The notes beneath the pieces are model-generated. The model was not told the DNA's origin, did no database searches, and saw nothing but the letters and a program-made list of their open reading frames with translations. DNA of 64,000 nt from an uncultured Acidobacteriota bacterium. GTDB lineage: Bacteria > Acidobacteriota > Thermoanaerobaculia > UBA5066 > Gp7-AA6. Below are positions 17,941 through 27,896 of the stretch, one piece after another. Made by a program: the position numbers and the translations under genes. Position 1 is the stretch's first letter. Every line of letters begins with the position of its first letter. The DNA lies in assembly GCA_963764715.1 (NCBI GenBank), contig CAVXTP010000013.1, forward strand, positions 1-64,000, written 5' to 3'.

Positions 17941-20900
17941 ATGCGGACGCCTGCCGGCCCGATACGGGAAGAGCTGTTCTCGGTCGAGCGGCTGGAACAG
18001 TTCGCGGGGGAGCTCGCGGCCCGGCAGAACGTCCACCGGCCCGCGCGCCGCGGCCGCCGCCTGCTTCCCCGGCTGCGTGAGAATGCGCGGGCCCTCGTCG
18101 CCTCGCACCGGGCGATCGAGGACGCGAGCCGCCGGACCCGTTCGATTTCGCCGGCGGCCGACTGGCTGCTGAACAACTTCCACATCGTCGAGGAGCAGGT
18201 CCGGGAGATCCAGGAGGACCTTCCGCCAGGGTTCTATCGGGAGCTGCCGAAGCTCGCCGAAGGCGCGCTCGAGGGCTTTCCCCGCGTCTACGGGTTGGCC
18301 TGGTCGTTCGTCGCGCACACGGACAGCCGGATCGAGCTCGAGACCTTCGGGCGATTCGTGCGGGCCTACCAGCGGGTCCAGCCGCTCACGATCGGCGAGC
18401 TCTGGGCGCTGGCGATTTCGCTGCGCCTGGTCCTCGTCGAGAATCTCCGGCGGCTCGCGGAGCGGGTCGCGGCGCGGGGGACCGCGCGAGATCGAGCGGA
18501 CGGGATCGCCGACGCCCTGCTCGGCACGGCCGGCGTCCCCAAGCCCGAGGGGAGCGCGGTCCTCGCGATGCTGGAGCGCGCGCCGTTCTCGCAGGCCTTC
18601 GCCGTCCAGCTCGTCCAGCGCCTGCGCGAGCAGGACCCGGCGGTCACGCCCGCGCTCGAGTGGCTCGACCGCCGATTCGAGCGGGACGGAACCACGGCCG
18701 AGGAGATCGTGCGCGAGGAGCACCAGCAGCAGATCGCCAACCACGCGACGGTGCGGAACGTCATCACGAGCATGCGCCTCCTGTCGTCGGCCGACTGGGC
18801 CGACTTCTTCGAAAGCGTGAGCCTGGTTCACGAGGCCCTCTGTGACGGGACCCGCGTGGCCGAGATGGACTTTGCGACGCGGGACCGGTATCGACACGCC
18901 GTCGAGGAGCTCTCCCGGGGAAGCCGCCACGACGAGCTGGAGGTGGCGCGGCGGGCCGTGGCGATGGCGGCGAGCGCCGCGACGCCCGACGCGGGGACCG
19001 ACCGGGCGAGTTCCCGCCTCGCGGACCCGGGCTATTACCTGATTGCGCACGGGCGCCGGCGGCTCGAGGAGGAGCTCGAGTTCCGGTTGCCGGGACGGCA
19101 GTGGCTGGGACGCGCCTGGGTGCGGGCCGCGACGCCCTGGTACCTCGCCGCGATCGCGTTCTCGACCCTCGTCGTCGTGGCCGTGCCGGCCGTGCCGACC
19201 GCGCTCGGAGGCGCGAGTGCGCCGGCGGTCGCGCTTCTCGCGCTGCTCGCCCTGGTGCCCGCCTCCGATCTCGCGATCGCGTTCGTTCACCGATTCGTCA
19301 CGCGGCTCCTCGGGCCGCGGCGCCTCCCCAAGCTCGAGCTCGCGGGCGGCGTGCCCGGGGAGCTCCGAACGCTGGTCGCCATTCCGGTGCTCCTGACCGA
19401 CGAGTCGGAGATCGACGAGGTCGTCCAGAGGCTGGAAGTGCATTACCTCGGCAATACCGATCCCGAGCTGCGGTTCGCGCTGCTGTCGGACTGGCCCGAC
19501 GCTCCCGCCGAGAGCGTGCCCGAGGACGCGGGCCTGCTGGAGCTCGCGCGCGCCGCGATCGGCCGCCTCAACGAACGGCACGGCCCGGCCGCGGGCGGCG
19601 GCGACCGCTTCTGGCTCCTCCATCGGCGCCGTCTCTGGAACGCCGCCGAAGGGGTGTGGATGGGCTGGGAACGCAAGCGCGGGAAGCTGCGCGAGCTGAA
19701 CCGGCTGCTCCGGGGCGCGACAAACACGTCTTTCCTGCCGCCCGAGTCCGGCACGCCGGCGGCACCCGCGGGGGTCCGCTACGTGATCACGCTCGACGCC
19801 GATTCCCGGCTCCCGCGGGAGGCCGCGCGCCGTATGGTCGGCACGATCGCCCACCCGCTGAACGTCCCGCGATTCGACCCGGCCGTCGCCCGCGTCGTCG
19901 AGGGGCACGCGATCCTTCAGCCCCGGGTCACCCCGACGCTGCCCGAGATGGGCTTCGGGACCTTCTTCCAGCTCGTCTTCTCGGGACCCCGCGGCATCGA
20001 CCCCTACGCCTTCGCGGTGTCCGACGTCTACCAGGACCTCTTCGGCGAGGGGATCTTCACGGGCAAGGGCATCTACGACGTGGATGCGTTCGAGGGGGCG
20101 CTCGACGACCGGGTACCGGAGAACACGCAGCTCTCGCACGACCTCTTCGAGGGGCTCTTCGCGCGGGCCGGGTTCGTCTCGGACGTCGAGCTCTTCGAAG
20201 GCTTCCCGGGTCATTACGGAGTCGCGGTGTCGCGCCAGCACCGCTGGGTCCGCGGCGACTGGCAGCTCCTGCCGTGGATCCTCGGGACGGCTCGCCCGGC
20301 GGGCGGGCCCCGCGCGGCGAGCGCCATTCCCCTGATCGGGCGCTGGAAGATGCTCGACAACCTGCGGCGAAGCCTGTCGGCGCCGGCGACCTTCGCCACG
20401 CTGCTGGCCGCGTGGTGCGTTCCCGGCGTCGGGGCCGTCCGCTGGACGGCCTTCGTCCTGGGGGCGCTCGCGCTTCCTCCGCTCGTCTCGTTCGTCGCGA
20501 GCCTCGTGCCGCAGCGGCGCGGGGTCTCGAAGCGCAGCCTGATCCGCGGAGTGTCCGCCGACCTCGCCACCGGCCTGGCGGAGGCCGCGCTGCGGGTCGC
20601 GTTCCTGGCGCATACGGCGTGGATGCGCGCGGATGCGATCGCGCGAACGCTCTGGCGCCTCGGCGTCAGCCGCCGCCACCTGCTCGAATGGGTGCCCGCG
20701 GCCCAGGCCCATCGTGCGCTCGACCTCGAGACGGCGGGCTTCTATCGGCGGATGGCCGGAGGGCTCGCGCTCGCGACCGCGGCGGGGGCTCTCGTGGCCG
20801 CATCGGGCCGGGGCGCATGGGCATGCGCCGCGCCCTTCGTCGCGGTGTGGCTCCTGTCGCCGCTCCTCGCGCGGTGGATCAGCCTGCCGCCCCGCGAGGC

Positions 20901-23900
20901 GGAGGCCGCGCGGTTCTCCGCCGCCGAGGCCCGGCAGTTTCGCGCGATCGCGCGCCGGACATGGCGCTACTTCGAGCGCTTCGCTGGCCCGGAGTTCCGG
21001 AACCTGCCGGCCGACAACTTCCAGGAAGTGCCGCAGCCCGAAGCCGCGAGGAGGACTTCGCCGACCAACCTCGGCCTCGCCCTGCTCTCCACGGTCGCCG
21101 CCAACGACTTCGGCTGGATCGGGACCGCCGACATGGCGGACCGCCTCGAGGCGGGCCTCGCCACGATCGGACGGCTCGAGCGCTTCCGGGGGCACCTCTA
21201 CAACTGGTACGGCACGGACGACCTCGCGCCCCTTGAGCCCCGTTACGTCTCCACGGTCGACAGCGGCAACTTCGTCGCCCACCTGATCACGCTGAAGCAG
21301 GCTTGCGTGGAGCGGCTCGGCGAGCCGACCCTGACCGCACGCTCTCTCGACGGCATCGCCGACACGCTCGAGCTCCTGCGGTCGGCCGCGATGGCGCTCG
21401 TCGGCGGCGGGTCCGGGGGCGTCGTCACCGCGCGCCAGCTCGTGGAAGCCCTCGTCGAAGCGAGCGTTCTCCTCGCTCCGGCTCCGGAGACGCGGGCCGA
21501 ATGGTCCTCGCGCCTGGGCGCGCTGTCCGCGCGGGCCGAAACGCTCGGCGACATTGTGCGCGCCCTGAGCGACGAGAGCGACCCGGCCGCGACGGGGGAG
21601 GCCCTCGAATGGGCGCGGGCGCTTTCGGAGTGCGTCGCGAGCCATGCGCGCGACGTCGAGGCCACGGAAGAGTCGCTCGAGCCGGGAACGCCGCTGCAGG
21701 ACCGCCTCGCCGCGCTCGCCCGGTCCGCGGCGGACCTGGTCGCGGAGACCGACTTCGCGTTTCTCTACGACCGGCCCCGGGACCTCTTCGCGATCGGGTA
21801 CCGTCCGGAGGACGACACGCTCGACCCCGGCCACTACGACCTGCTGGCCTCGGAAGCGCGACTGGCGAGCTTCGTCGCGATCGCGCGCGGGGACGTTCCC
21901 GTCGAGCATTGGTTCCATCTTGGACGCCCCCTGACGCCCGTGGGCCGGGGATCGGCGCTGTTGTCCTGGTCCGGATCCATGTTCGAGTACCTGATGCCGG
22001 ATCTCGTGCTCGACGCCCCGTCGGGGAGCCTTCTCGAGCACACCCGACGGCTCGCCGTGCGGCGCCAGATCCAGTACGGGGAAGAGCGCGGCGTGCCGTG
22101 GGGCATCTCGGAGGCGGCGTACAACGCCCGCGACGTTCACTTCACCTACCAGTACTCGAACTTCGGCGTCAGCGGCCTCGGCCTGAAGCGCGGGCTGGCG
22201 GACGACCTCGTCGTGGCGCCCTACGCGACGGCCCTCGCCGCCATGGTCGATCCCGCGGCCGCGGGAGAGAACTTCCGCCGGCTCGCCGCCCTCGGCGCGC
22301 TCGGGCGGTACGGCTTCTACGAGTCGATCGACTTCACGGCGTCGCGCCTGCCGGAAGGGGCGTCCTTCGAGATCGTGAAGGCGTTCATGGCCCATCACCA
22401 GGGAATGACGATCGTCGCGCTCGCCAACGTCATCCTCGAAGGCGCGATGCGCCGGCGGTTCGGCGCCGAGCCGGCCGTGCAGGCGACGGCCCTGCTGCTG
22501 CAGGAGCGCACGCCCCGGACCGTGGCCGTGGCGCGGCCCGCCTCCGCGGAGCTGCGCACGGACCGGCACGTTCTCGACGAGGTGCCGCCGGTCCTGCGGC
22601 GCTTCCGTTCGCCGCACGATCCGACGCCCCGAACGCACCTGCTCTCCAACGGCCGGTACGCCGTGATGATGACGGCGGCCGGTTCGGGCTACAGCCAGTG
22701 GCGGGGCCTGGACGTGACGCGCTGGCGCGAGGACACGACGCGCGACCCCTGGGGAACCTACGTCTTCCTGGCGGACGGCGCGTCGGGCCGGGTCTGGTCG
22801 GCGGGGTACCAGCCGTCGGGCGTCGAGCCGGACTCCTACGAGGCCGTCTACTCGGAAGACCGCGTCGAGATTCACCGCACCGACGGCCTGATCGCGACGA
22901 GCCTGCGCATCGCCGTCTCGACGGAAGACGACGCGGAGCTGCGCCAGATCTCGCTCACGAACCGCGGAACGCGCGCGTGCGAGATCGAGATGACCTCCTA
23001 CGCGGAGATCGTCCTCGCCCCCCGCGCCGCCGACGCGGCGCACCCGGCCTTCTCGAACCTCTTCGTCCGGACCGAGTTCGTGCCGGAGCTCGAGGCGCTC
23101 GTCGCCGGGCGGCGGCCGCGCGACGGGGAGGAGCCGGTCTGGGCCGCCCAGGTGATGACGGTGCCGGGAGAGAGCGCCGGGGCCGTGCAGTACGAGACGG
23201 ATCGGGCGCGCTTTCTGGGGCGCGGGCGGGACATCCGGGACCCCATCTCGATCGCGGAGCGGCGGCCGCTCTCGAACACGGTCGGCACCGTGCTCGATCC
23301 CGTCTTCAGCCTGCGCCGGCGGATCCGGATCGCGGCGGGTGCGAGCGTGCGAGTGCAGCTGGCGACCGTCATCGCCGAGTCGCGCGAGCGGGCCCTGGCG
23401 CTCGCCGCCAAGTACCGGGACCAGGCGACGTTCGACCGCGTGTCGAGCCTCGCCTGGACGCAGGCCCAGGTCCAGCTGCGCCACCTCGGGATCTCGACCG
23501 ACGAGGCGCACCTCTTCCAGAGGCTGGCGACGCGGATCCTGTACTCCGATCCGACGCTTCGCGCGCCGGTCGAGACCCTGCTGCGAAACCGGCGCGGGCC
23601 GTCGGCCCTGTGGCGGCACGGGATCTCGGGCGACATCCCGATCGTGCTCGTCCGGATCGACCAGGTCGAGGACCAGGCGATCGTGCGGCAGCTCCTGCGC
23701 GCCCACGAATACTGGAGGATGAAGGGCCTCGCGGTCGATCTCGTGATCGTGAACGAGCAACCGGCGTCCTATTCGCCGGAGCTCGGCGCGACGCTCGATT
23801 CCCTCGTCCGCGCGGGCAGCCGCGCGCCGGGTGTCGCCTCGGAACACTCGACCGGGCGCGTCTTCGTGCTTCGCGGGGAGCTGCTCTCCGGCGAGGACCG

Positions 23901-26454
23901 CGACGCGCTGGCCTCGGCGGCGCGGGTCGTCCTGCTCTCGCGGCACGGCACGCTGGCCCAGCAGGTGATCCGGCTGCTCCGCTTGCCTCCGGCCGCGAGG
24001 GCCCCGCTGCCCGCCGCGCCGCCGCCGCCGGCCGACCTGCCGCCGCCCCGAATTCCGCTCGAGTTCTTCAACGGCCTGGGAGGCTTCTCGGAGGAGGAGG
24101 GGGAATACGTCATCCTCCTCGCCGAGCGGCAGTGGACGCCCGCCCCGTGGATCAACGTGCTCGCCAACGCTTCGCTCGGCTGCCTCGTGTCGGAGTCCGG
24201 CTCCGGCTACACCTGGTCGGTCAACAGCCGCGAGAATCAGCTCACCCCGTGGTCGAACGATCCGGTGAGCGATCCGCCGGGGGAAGCGCTCTTCCTGCGG
24301 GACGAGGAGACGGGCGAGCTCTGGAGCCCGACCCCGCTGCCGATCCGGGGCGGAGGCTCCTACGTGGTTCGCCACGGACAGGGGTACAGCCGCTTCGAGC
24401 ACGAGCATCGGGCGATCGCCACCGACCTGACCGTCTTCGTCGCCCACGAGGACCCCGTCAAGTTCTCGCGGCTGTGGGTCGAGAACCGATCCTCGTCCGC
24501 GCGAACGCTCACGATCACCGCCTACGCCGAATGGGTGCTCGGACCGCAGCGAACGGGCGTGGCGCCGTTCGTCGTCACGGAGCTCGATCCCGAGACCGGC
24601 GCGATCTTCGCGCGGAATTCCTGGAACGAGGCGGAGGCCGGCCGCGTCGCGTTCGCGGACATCGGGGGAGCGCCGGCCGGGTGGACCGCCGATCGGACCG
24701 AGTTCCTCGGACGCAACGGCGTCCTCCAGGCCCCGGCGGGACTCGCGCGCGGAGCGATCCTCGGCCGGAAGTCCGGCGCCGGCCTCGATCCCTGCGCCGC
24801 GATGCAGGTGCGGCTGCGGCTCGCCGCCGGCGAACGCCGGTCGATCGTCTTTCTCCTCGGAGAGGGCCGCGACGTTTCCGATGCGCGGCGGCTCGTGACG
24901 CGGCACCGTTCGCGGGACCCCGCCCTCGAGCTCGCCGCTGTGCGCCGCGCGTGGGAAGACACGCTCACCGCGTTGCAGGTGCGAACGCCCGACCGGTCGA
25001 TGGATCTGATGCTCAACCGCTGGCTCCTCTACCAGGCCCTCGGCTGCCGCGTCCGGGCGCGGTCGGCCTTCTACCAGGCGGGCGGTGCGTGGGGCTTCCG
25101 GGACCAGCTCCAGGACGTGATGTCCTTCACGGTGGCCCGACGCGAGCTCGCCCGCGAGCACCTGCTGCGCGCGGCCGGACGGCAGTTCGAGGAGGGGGAC
25201 GTCCAGCACTGGTGGCACGAGCCCGGCGGCCGGGGCGTCCGCACCCGGATCTCCGACGACCGGCTCTGGCTCGCCTACGCGACGCACCACTACGTCGAGG
25301 TCACGGGCGATCTCGGGGTGCTCGACGAGCCGGTGCCCTTCCTCGCGGCGGCGCCGCTGCGGCCGGAGGAGACCGACCGGTTTTTCGAGCCGCATTCCGG
25401 CAAGACGGCGTCTCTGTTCGAGCACTGCGCGCTGGCGATCGACCGGAGCCTCGCCGTCGGCCGGCACGGCCTGCCGCTGATGGGCACGGGGGACTGGAAC
25501 GACGGGATGAACCGGGTCGGGTCGGGCGGCGAGGGGGAGAGCGTGTGGCTCGGGTGGTTCCTGCACACGAACCTCGAACGGTTCGCCGGCCTCGCGCAGG
25601 CGCGCGGCGAGGTCGAGCGAGCGCGCCTGTGGCGCGGGCACGCGGCGGCCCTGAAGGAAGCCCTCGAGCGCGACGGGTGGGACGGCGACTGGTACCGGCG
25701 CGCGTTCTTCGACGACGGGACGCCGCTCGGCTCCGCGGTCAACGACGAGTGCCGCATCGACTCGATCGCCCAGTCCTGGGCCGTGATCTCGGGCGCGGCC
25801 GACCCCGAGCGGGGCCGGCGGGCCATGGCGGCCGTCGACGAGCACCTGATCCGGCGGGGCGACGGACTCGCGCTCCTCTTCACTCCGCCCTTCGACCGCA
25901 CCGCGCTCGAGCCCGGGTACATCAAGGGATACTCGCCGGGCGTGCGCGAGAACGGCGGCCAGTACACCCACGCCGCCGTCTGGGCGATGATCGCGTTCGC
26001 CGAGCTCGGCGACGGCGACAAGGCGGGCGAGCTCTTCGCGATCCTGAATCCGATCAACCACGCCAGCACGCGCTCGGGTCTGTATCGCTACAAGGTGGAG
26101 CCGTACGTCATGGCGGGCGACGTTTACTCCGTCAATCCGCACGCGGGCCGGGGCGGCTGGACCTGGTACACGGGGGCTGCCGGCTGGATGTACCGCGCGG
26201 GCGTGGAGTGGATCCTGGGCTTTCGCCTGCGGGGGACGTCGCTGCATCTGGATCCCTGCATTCCCCGCTCCTGGCCCCGATACGAGATCGACTTCCGGTA
26301 CCACTCCTCGCGCTACCGGCTCGCGGTCGAGAATCCCCGCGGCGCGATGCGGGGGGTGACGAGCATTTCGCTCGACGGGGCGCCGGTCGAGGGACGCGAG
26401 GTCCCGCTCTTCGACGACGGCCGGGAGCACCGGATCGCGGTCGTGCTGGGCTAG
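17941..26454 (+). CDS. ndvB: Cyclic beta-1,2-glucan synthase (Cgs/NdvB/ChvB type) with C-terminal GH94-like phosphorylase domain
   Basis: 2837 aa; WERKRGKL, ITLDAD, SHDLFEG, RQHRWVRGDWQ; SWSGSMFEYLMP; THLLSNGRY; GFRDQLQD, GTGDWNDGMN, RENGGQYTH. Confidence 0.92.
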   Translation: MRTPAGPIREELFSVERLEQFAGELAARQNVHRPARRGRRLLPRLRENARALVASHRAIEDASRRTRSISPAADWLLNNFHIVEEQVREIQEDLPPGFYRELPKLAEGALEGFPRVYGLAWSFVAHTDSRIELETFGRFVRAYQRVQPLTIGELWALAISLRLVLVENLRRLAERVAARGTARDRADGIADALLGTAGVPKPEGSAVLAMLERAPFSQAFAVQLVQRLREQDPAVTPALEWLDRRFERDGTTAEEIVREEHQQQIANHATVRNVITSMRLLSSADWADFFESVSLVHEALCDGTRVAEMDFATRDRYRHAVEELSRGSRHDELEVARRAVAMAASAATPDAGTDRASSRLADPGYYLIAHGRRRLEEELEFRLPGRQWLGRAWVRAATPWYLAAIAFSTLVVVAVPAVPTALGGASAPAVALLALLALVPASDLAIAFVHRFVTRLLGPRRLPKLELAGGVPGELRTLVAIPVLLTDESEIDEVVQRLEVHYLGNTDPELRFALLSDWPDAPAESVPEDAGLLELARAAIGRLNERHGPAAGGGDRFWLLHRRRLWNAAEGVWMGWERKRGKLRELNRLLRGATNTSFLPPESGTPAAPAGVRYVITLDADSRLPREAARRMVGTIAHPLNVPRFDPAVARVVEGHAILQPRVTPTLPEMGFGTFFQLVFSGPRGIDPYAFAVSDVYQDLFGEGIFTGKGIYDVDAFEGALDDRVPENTQLSHDLFEGLFARAGFVSDVELFEGFPGHYGVAVSRQHRWVRGDWQLLPWILGTARPAGGPRAASAIPLIGRWKMLDNLRRSLSAPATFATLLAAWCVPGVGAVRWTAFVLGALALPPLVSFVASLVPQRRGVSKRSLIRGVSADLATGLAEAALRVAFLAHTAWMRADAIARTLWRLGVSRRHLLEWVPAAQAHRALDLETAGFYRRMAGGLALATAAGALVAASGRGAWACAAPFVAVWLLSPLLARWISLPPREAEAARFSAAEARQFRAIARRTWRYFERFAGPEFRNLPADNFQEVPQPEAARRTSPTNLGLALLSTVAANDFGWIGTADMADRLEAGLATIGRLERFRGHLYNWYGTDDLAPLEPRYVSTVDSGNFVAHLITLKQACVERLGEPTLTARSLDGIADTLELLRSAAMALVGGGSGGVVTARQLVEALVEASVLLAPAPETRAEWSSRLGALSARAETLGDIVRALSDESDPAATGEALEWARALSECVASHARDVEATEESLEPGTPLQDRLAALARSAADLVAETDFAFLYDRPRDLFAIGYRPEDDTLDPGHYDLLASEARLASFVAIARGDVPVEHWFHLGRPLTPVGRGSALLSWSGSMFEYLMPDLVLDAPSGSLLEHTRRLAVRRQIQYGEERGVPWGISEAAYNARDVHFTYQYSNFGVSGLGLKRGLADDLVVAPYATALAAMVDPAAAGENFRRLAALGALGRYGFYESIDFTASRLPEGASFEIVKAFMAHHQGMTIVALANVILEGAMRRRFGAEPAVQATALLLQERTPRTVAVARPASAELRTDRHVLDEVPPVLRRFRSPHDPTPRTHLLSNGRYAVMMTAAGSGYSQWRGLDVTRWREDTTRDPWGTYVFLADGASGRVWSAGYQPSGVEPDSYEAVYSEDRVEIHRTDGLIATSLRIAVSTEDDAELRQISLTNRGTRACEIEMTSYAEIVLAPRAADAAHPAFSNLFVRTEFVPELEALVAGRRPRDGEEPVWAAQVMTVPGESAGAVQYETDRARFLGRGRDIRDPISIAERRPLSNTVGTVLDPVFSLRRRIRIAAGASVRVQLATVIAESRERALALAAKYRDQATFDRVSSLAWTQAQVQLRHLGISTDEAHLFQRLATRILYSDPTLRAPVETLLRNRRGPSALWRHGISGDIPIVLVRIDQVEDQAIVRQLLRAHEYWRMKGLAVDLVIVNEQPASYSPELGATLDSLVRAGSRAPGVASEHSTGRVFVLRGELLSGEDRDALASAARVVLLSRHGTLAQQVIRLLRLPPAARAPLPAAPPPPADLPPPRIPLEFFNGLGGFSEEEGEYVILLAERQWTPAPWINVLANASLGCLVSESGSGYTWSVNSRENQLTPWSNDPVSDPPGEALFLRDEETGELWSPTPLPIRGGGSYVVRHGQGYSRFEHEHRAIATDLTVFVAHEDPVKFSRLWVENRSSSARTLTITAYAEWVLGPQRTGVAPFVVTELDPETGAIFARNSWNEAEAGRVAFADIGGAPAGWTADRTEFLGRNGVLQAPAGLARGAILGRKSGAGLDPCAAMQVRLRLAAGERRSIVFLLGEGRDVSDARRLVTRHRSRDPALELAAVRRAWEDTLTALQVRTPDRSMDLMLNRWLLYQALGCRVRARSAFYQAGGAWGFRDQLQDVMSFTVARRELAREHLLRAAGRQFEEGDVQHWWHEPGGRGVRTRISDDRLWLAYATHHYVEVTGDLGVLDEPVPFLAAAPLRPEETDRFFEPHSGKTASLFEHCALAIDRSLAVGRHGLPLMGTGDWNDGMNRVGSGGEGESVWLGWFLHTNLERFAGLAQARGEVERARLWRGHAAALKEALERDGWDGDWYRRAFFDDGTPLGSAVNDECRIDSIAQSWAVISGAADPERGRRAMAAVDEHLIRRGDGLALLFTPPFDRTALEPGYIKGYSPGVRENGGQYTHAAVWAMIAFAELGDGDKAGELFAILNPINHASTRSGLYRYKVEPYVMAGDVYSVNPHAGRGGWTWYTGAAGWMYRAGVEWILGFRLRGTSLHLDPCIPRSWPRYEIDFRYHSSRYRLAVENPRGAMRGVTSISLDGAPVEGREVPLFDDGREHRIAVVLG

Positions 26455-26704
26455 GGCCGCCCGGGCCGCCCGAGGCCCGCGTGGTACTCTACGAGCTCCG
26501 AATCACTTCGACGGCCCCACTCCCTCACAACGATCGAGTACCCGCCGCCGTTTTCGGCAGAAAGCAGGGTGCTTCGTGGAAAGCGCGACTCTTCTTCCCG
26601 CATCGAGCGAATTTTCGGCGGGCCCGCAGAACTTGACGACCGTCGAGCTCGGGCGGTTCGGCCTCGGTGTCGTGACCCGTCATCTTCGCGTCGCGGGGGT
26701 CCGG

Positions 26705-26824
26705 ATGGCCTCGCCGCTTAACCGCGTCTACTGCCTGTTCTGTGGGATCGCCATCGACCACGAGGTTGGCGGCGCCGAATGGTGGTTCTGCCGGAACGCA
26801 TGCAACGTGCGGGACGGGCACTGA
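26705..26824 (+). CDS. 39-aa Cys-rich microprotein
   Basis: CLFC...CRNAC; TGATG overlap with next ORF. Confidence 0.45.
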   Translation: MASPLNRVYCLFCGIAIDHEVGGAEWWFCRNACNVRDGH

Positions 26825-27015
26825 TGCCCTCGCGCGCGCGCTGCGTGCACACGACGGAGGCGAAGGCCGCCGGGACGGCGCCGTGTCCGCGCTGCGCCGA
26901 ACGGGCGGCGGCCGGCGAGCGGGTCCGGAAGCTCGAAGATCCGCTGCGGGCCGACGTCCGCCGGCTCGATCGTGACGCCACGAACCTCCGATCCGCGCGG
27001 ACGCACGCACGCTGA
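26824..27015 (+). CDS. 63-aa microprotein with CxH...CxxC
   Basis: MPSRARCVH...CPRC; start overlaps upstream stop. Confidence 0.45.
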   Translation: MPSRARCVHTTEAKAAGTAPCPRCAERAAAGERVRKLEDPLRADVRRLDRDATNLRSARTHAR

Positions 27016-27038
27016 AACGTCGGAACCCCGGGAAGCGG

Positions 27039-27245
27039 ATGGAACACGGCCTTCGGAACTGGACCTGCGAGAAGTGCGGCCGCGAGAACGAGACGGCCGT
27101 CGCGCTCGACGGCCACGCGCGCTGCACGTTCTGCCAGGCGAAGACCCGGATCCAGGCGAGCCGCGACTATCTCTCGGTGCTCTCGTCGCGGCGCCCCGAG
27201 CTTCCGGAAGGCGCCCAGGACGAGGACGAGCTCCCGCTCTGGTGA
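27039..27245 (+). CDS. Zn-ribbon microprotein
   Basis: WTCEKCGRENETAV...ARCTFC; acidic C-terminus; paralog at 13003. Confidence 0.7.
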   Translation: MEHGLRNWTCEKCGRENETAVALDGHARCTFCQAKTRIQASRDYLSVLSSRRPELPEGAQDEDELPLW

Positions 27246-27317
27246 GGGGAGGGCCGGCGCCGGCGCTCAGGCCCCCGAGCGCAGCGGCGTAGACTCGGGC
27301 CGAAAAGGAGGCCCGTC

Positions 27318-27896
27318 ATGCTCCGAAACCGAGCGGTCGCCCTCGCCGGCCTCGTCCTTCTCCTCGTGTCCGGCGCCGCGGCCGCCGCCGAGGACAAGCC
27401 CGGGCCGATCGAGACGTTCACCTGCTTCGCGGCCAACATGCAGCGCGGGAAGGCGGGCACCGTCGAGATCACGATCTTCCGCTGGTCGACCGACGCGGAG
27501 CGCGAGTCGCTCCTGACGACGCTGCAGGAATTCGGCCGCGACAAGCTGCTCGACGCCCTCATGAAGATCCGGCCGGTCGTCGGCTACATGCGCTCGCCGA
27601 ACTCGATCGGGTACGACCTCTACTACGCCCGGAACGACGTCCAGCCGGACGGCGGGCGCCACGTCGTGCTGGCCACCAACCGGCGGGTCAACTTCCGCGA
27701 GGCGGTCAACAATCAGCGCTCGATGGACTACCAGCTGACCGTCATCGAGCTCGACATCGACAAGGAGGGTCAGGGCGTCGGCAAGATGGTGCCGGCAGCC
27801 AAGGTGTCGTGGGACGTCAAGACGAAGACGATCGAGATCGAGAACTTCAGCGCCCTCCCGATCGACCTGATCAACGTCAAGTCCAAGAAGCCGTAG
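27318..27896 (+). CDS. Secreted hypothetical protein
   Basis: AAGGAGG RBS, Ala-rich signal peptide, strong GC3 coding bias. Confidence 0.8.
   Translation: MLRNRAVALAGLVLLLVSGAAAAAEDKPGPIETFTCFAANMQRGKAGTVEITIFRWSTDAERESLLTTLQEFGRDKLLDALMKIRPVVGYMRSPNSIGYDLYYARNDVQPDGGRHVVLATNRRVNFREAVNNQRSMDYQLTVIELDIDKEGQGVGKMVPAAKVSWDVKTKTIEIENFSALPIDLINVKSKKP

Noticed and set aside
17527-26430. 2967-aa antisense ORF and 1777-aa alternate-frame ORF over the glucan synthase
   Set aside because: Shadow ORFs typical of high-GC3 genes; Arg/Pro/Gly-rich with no motifs. The same applies to most other long overlapping ORFs in the track.
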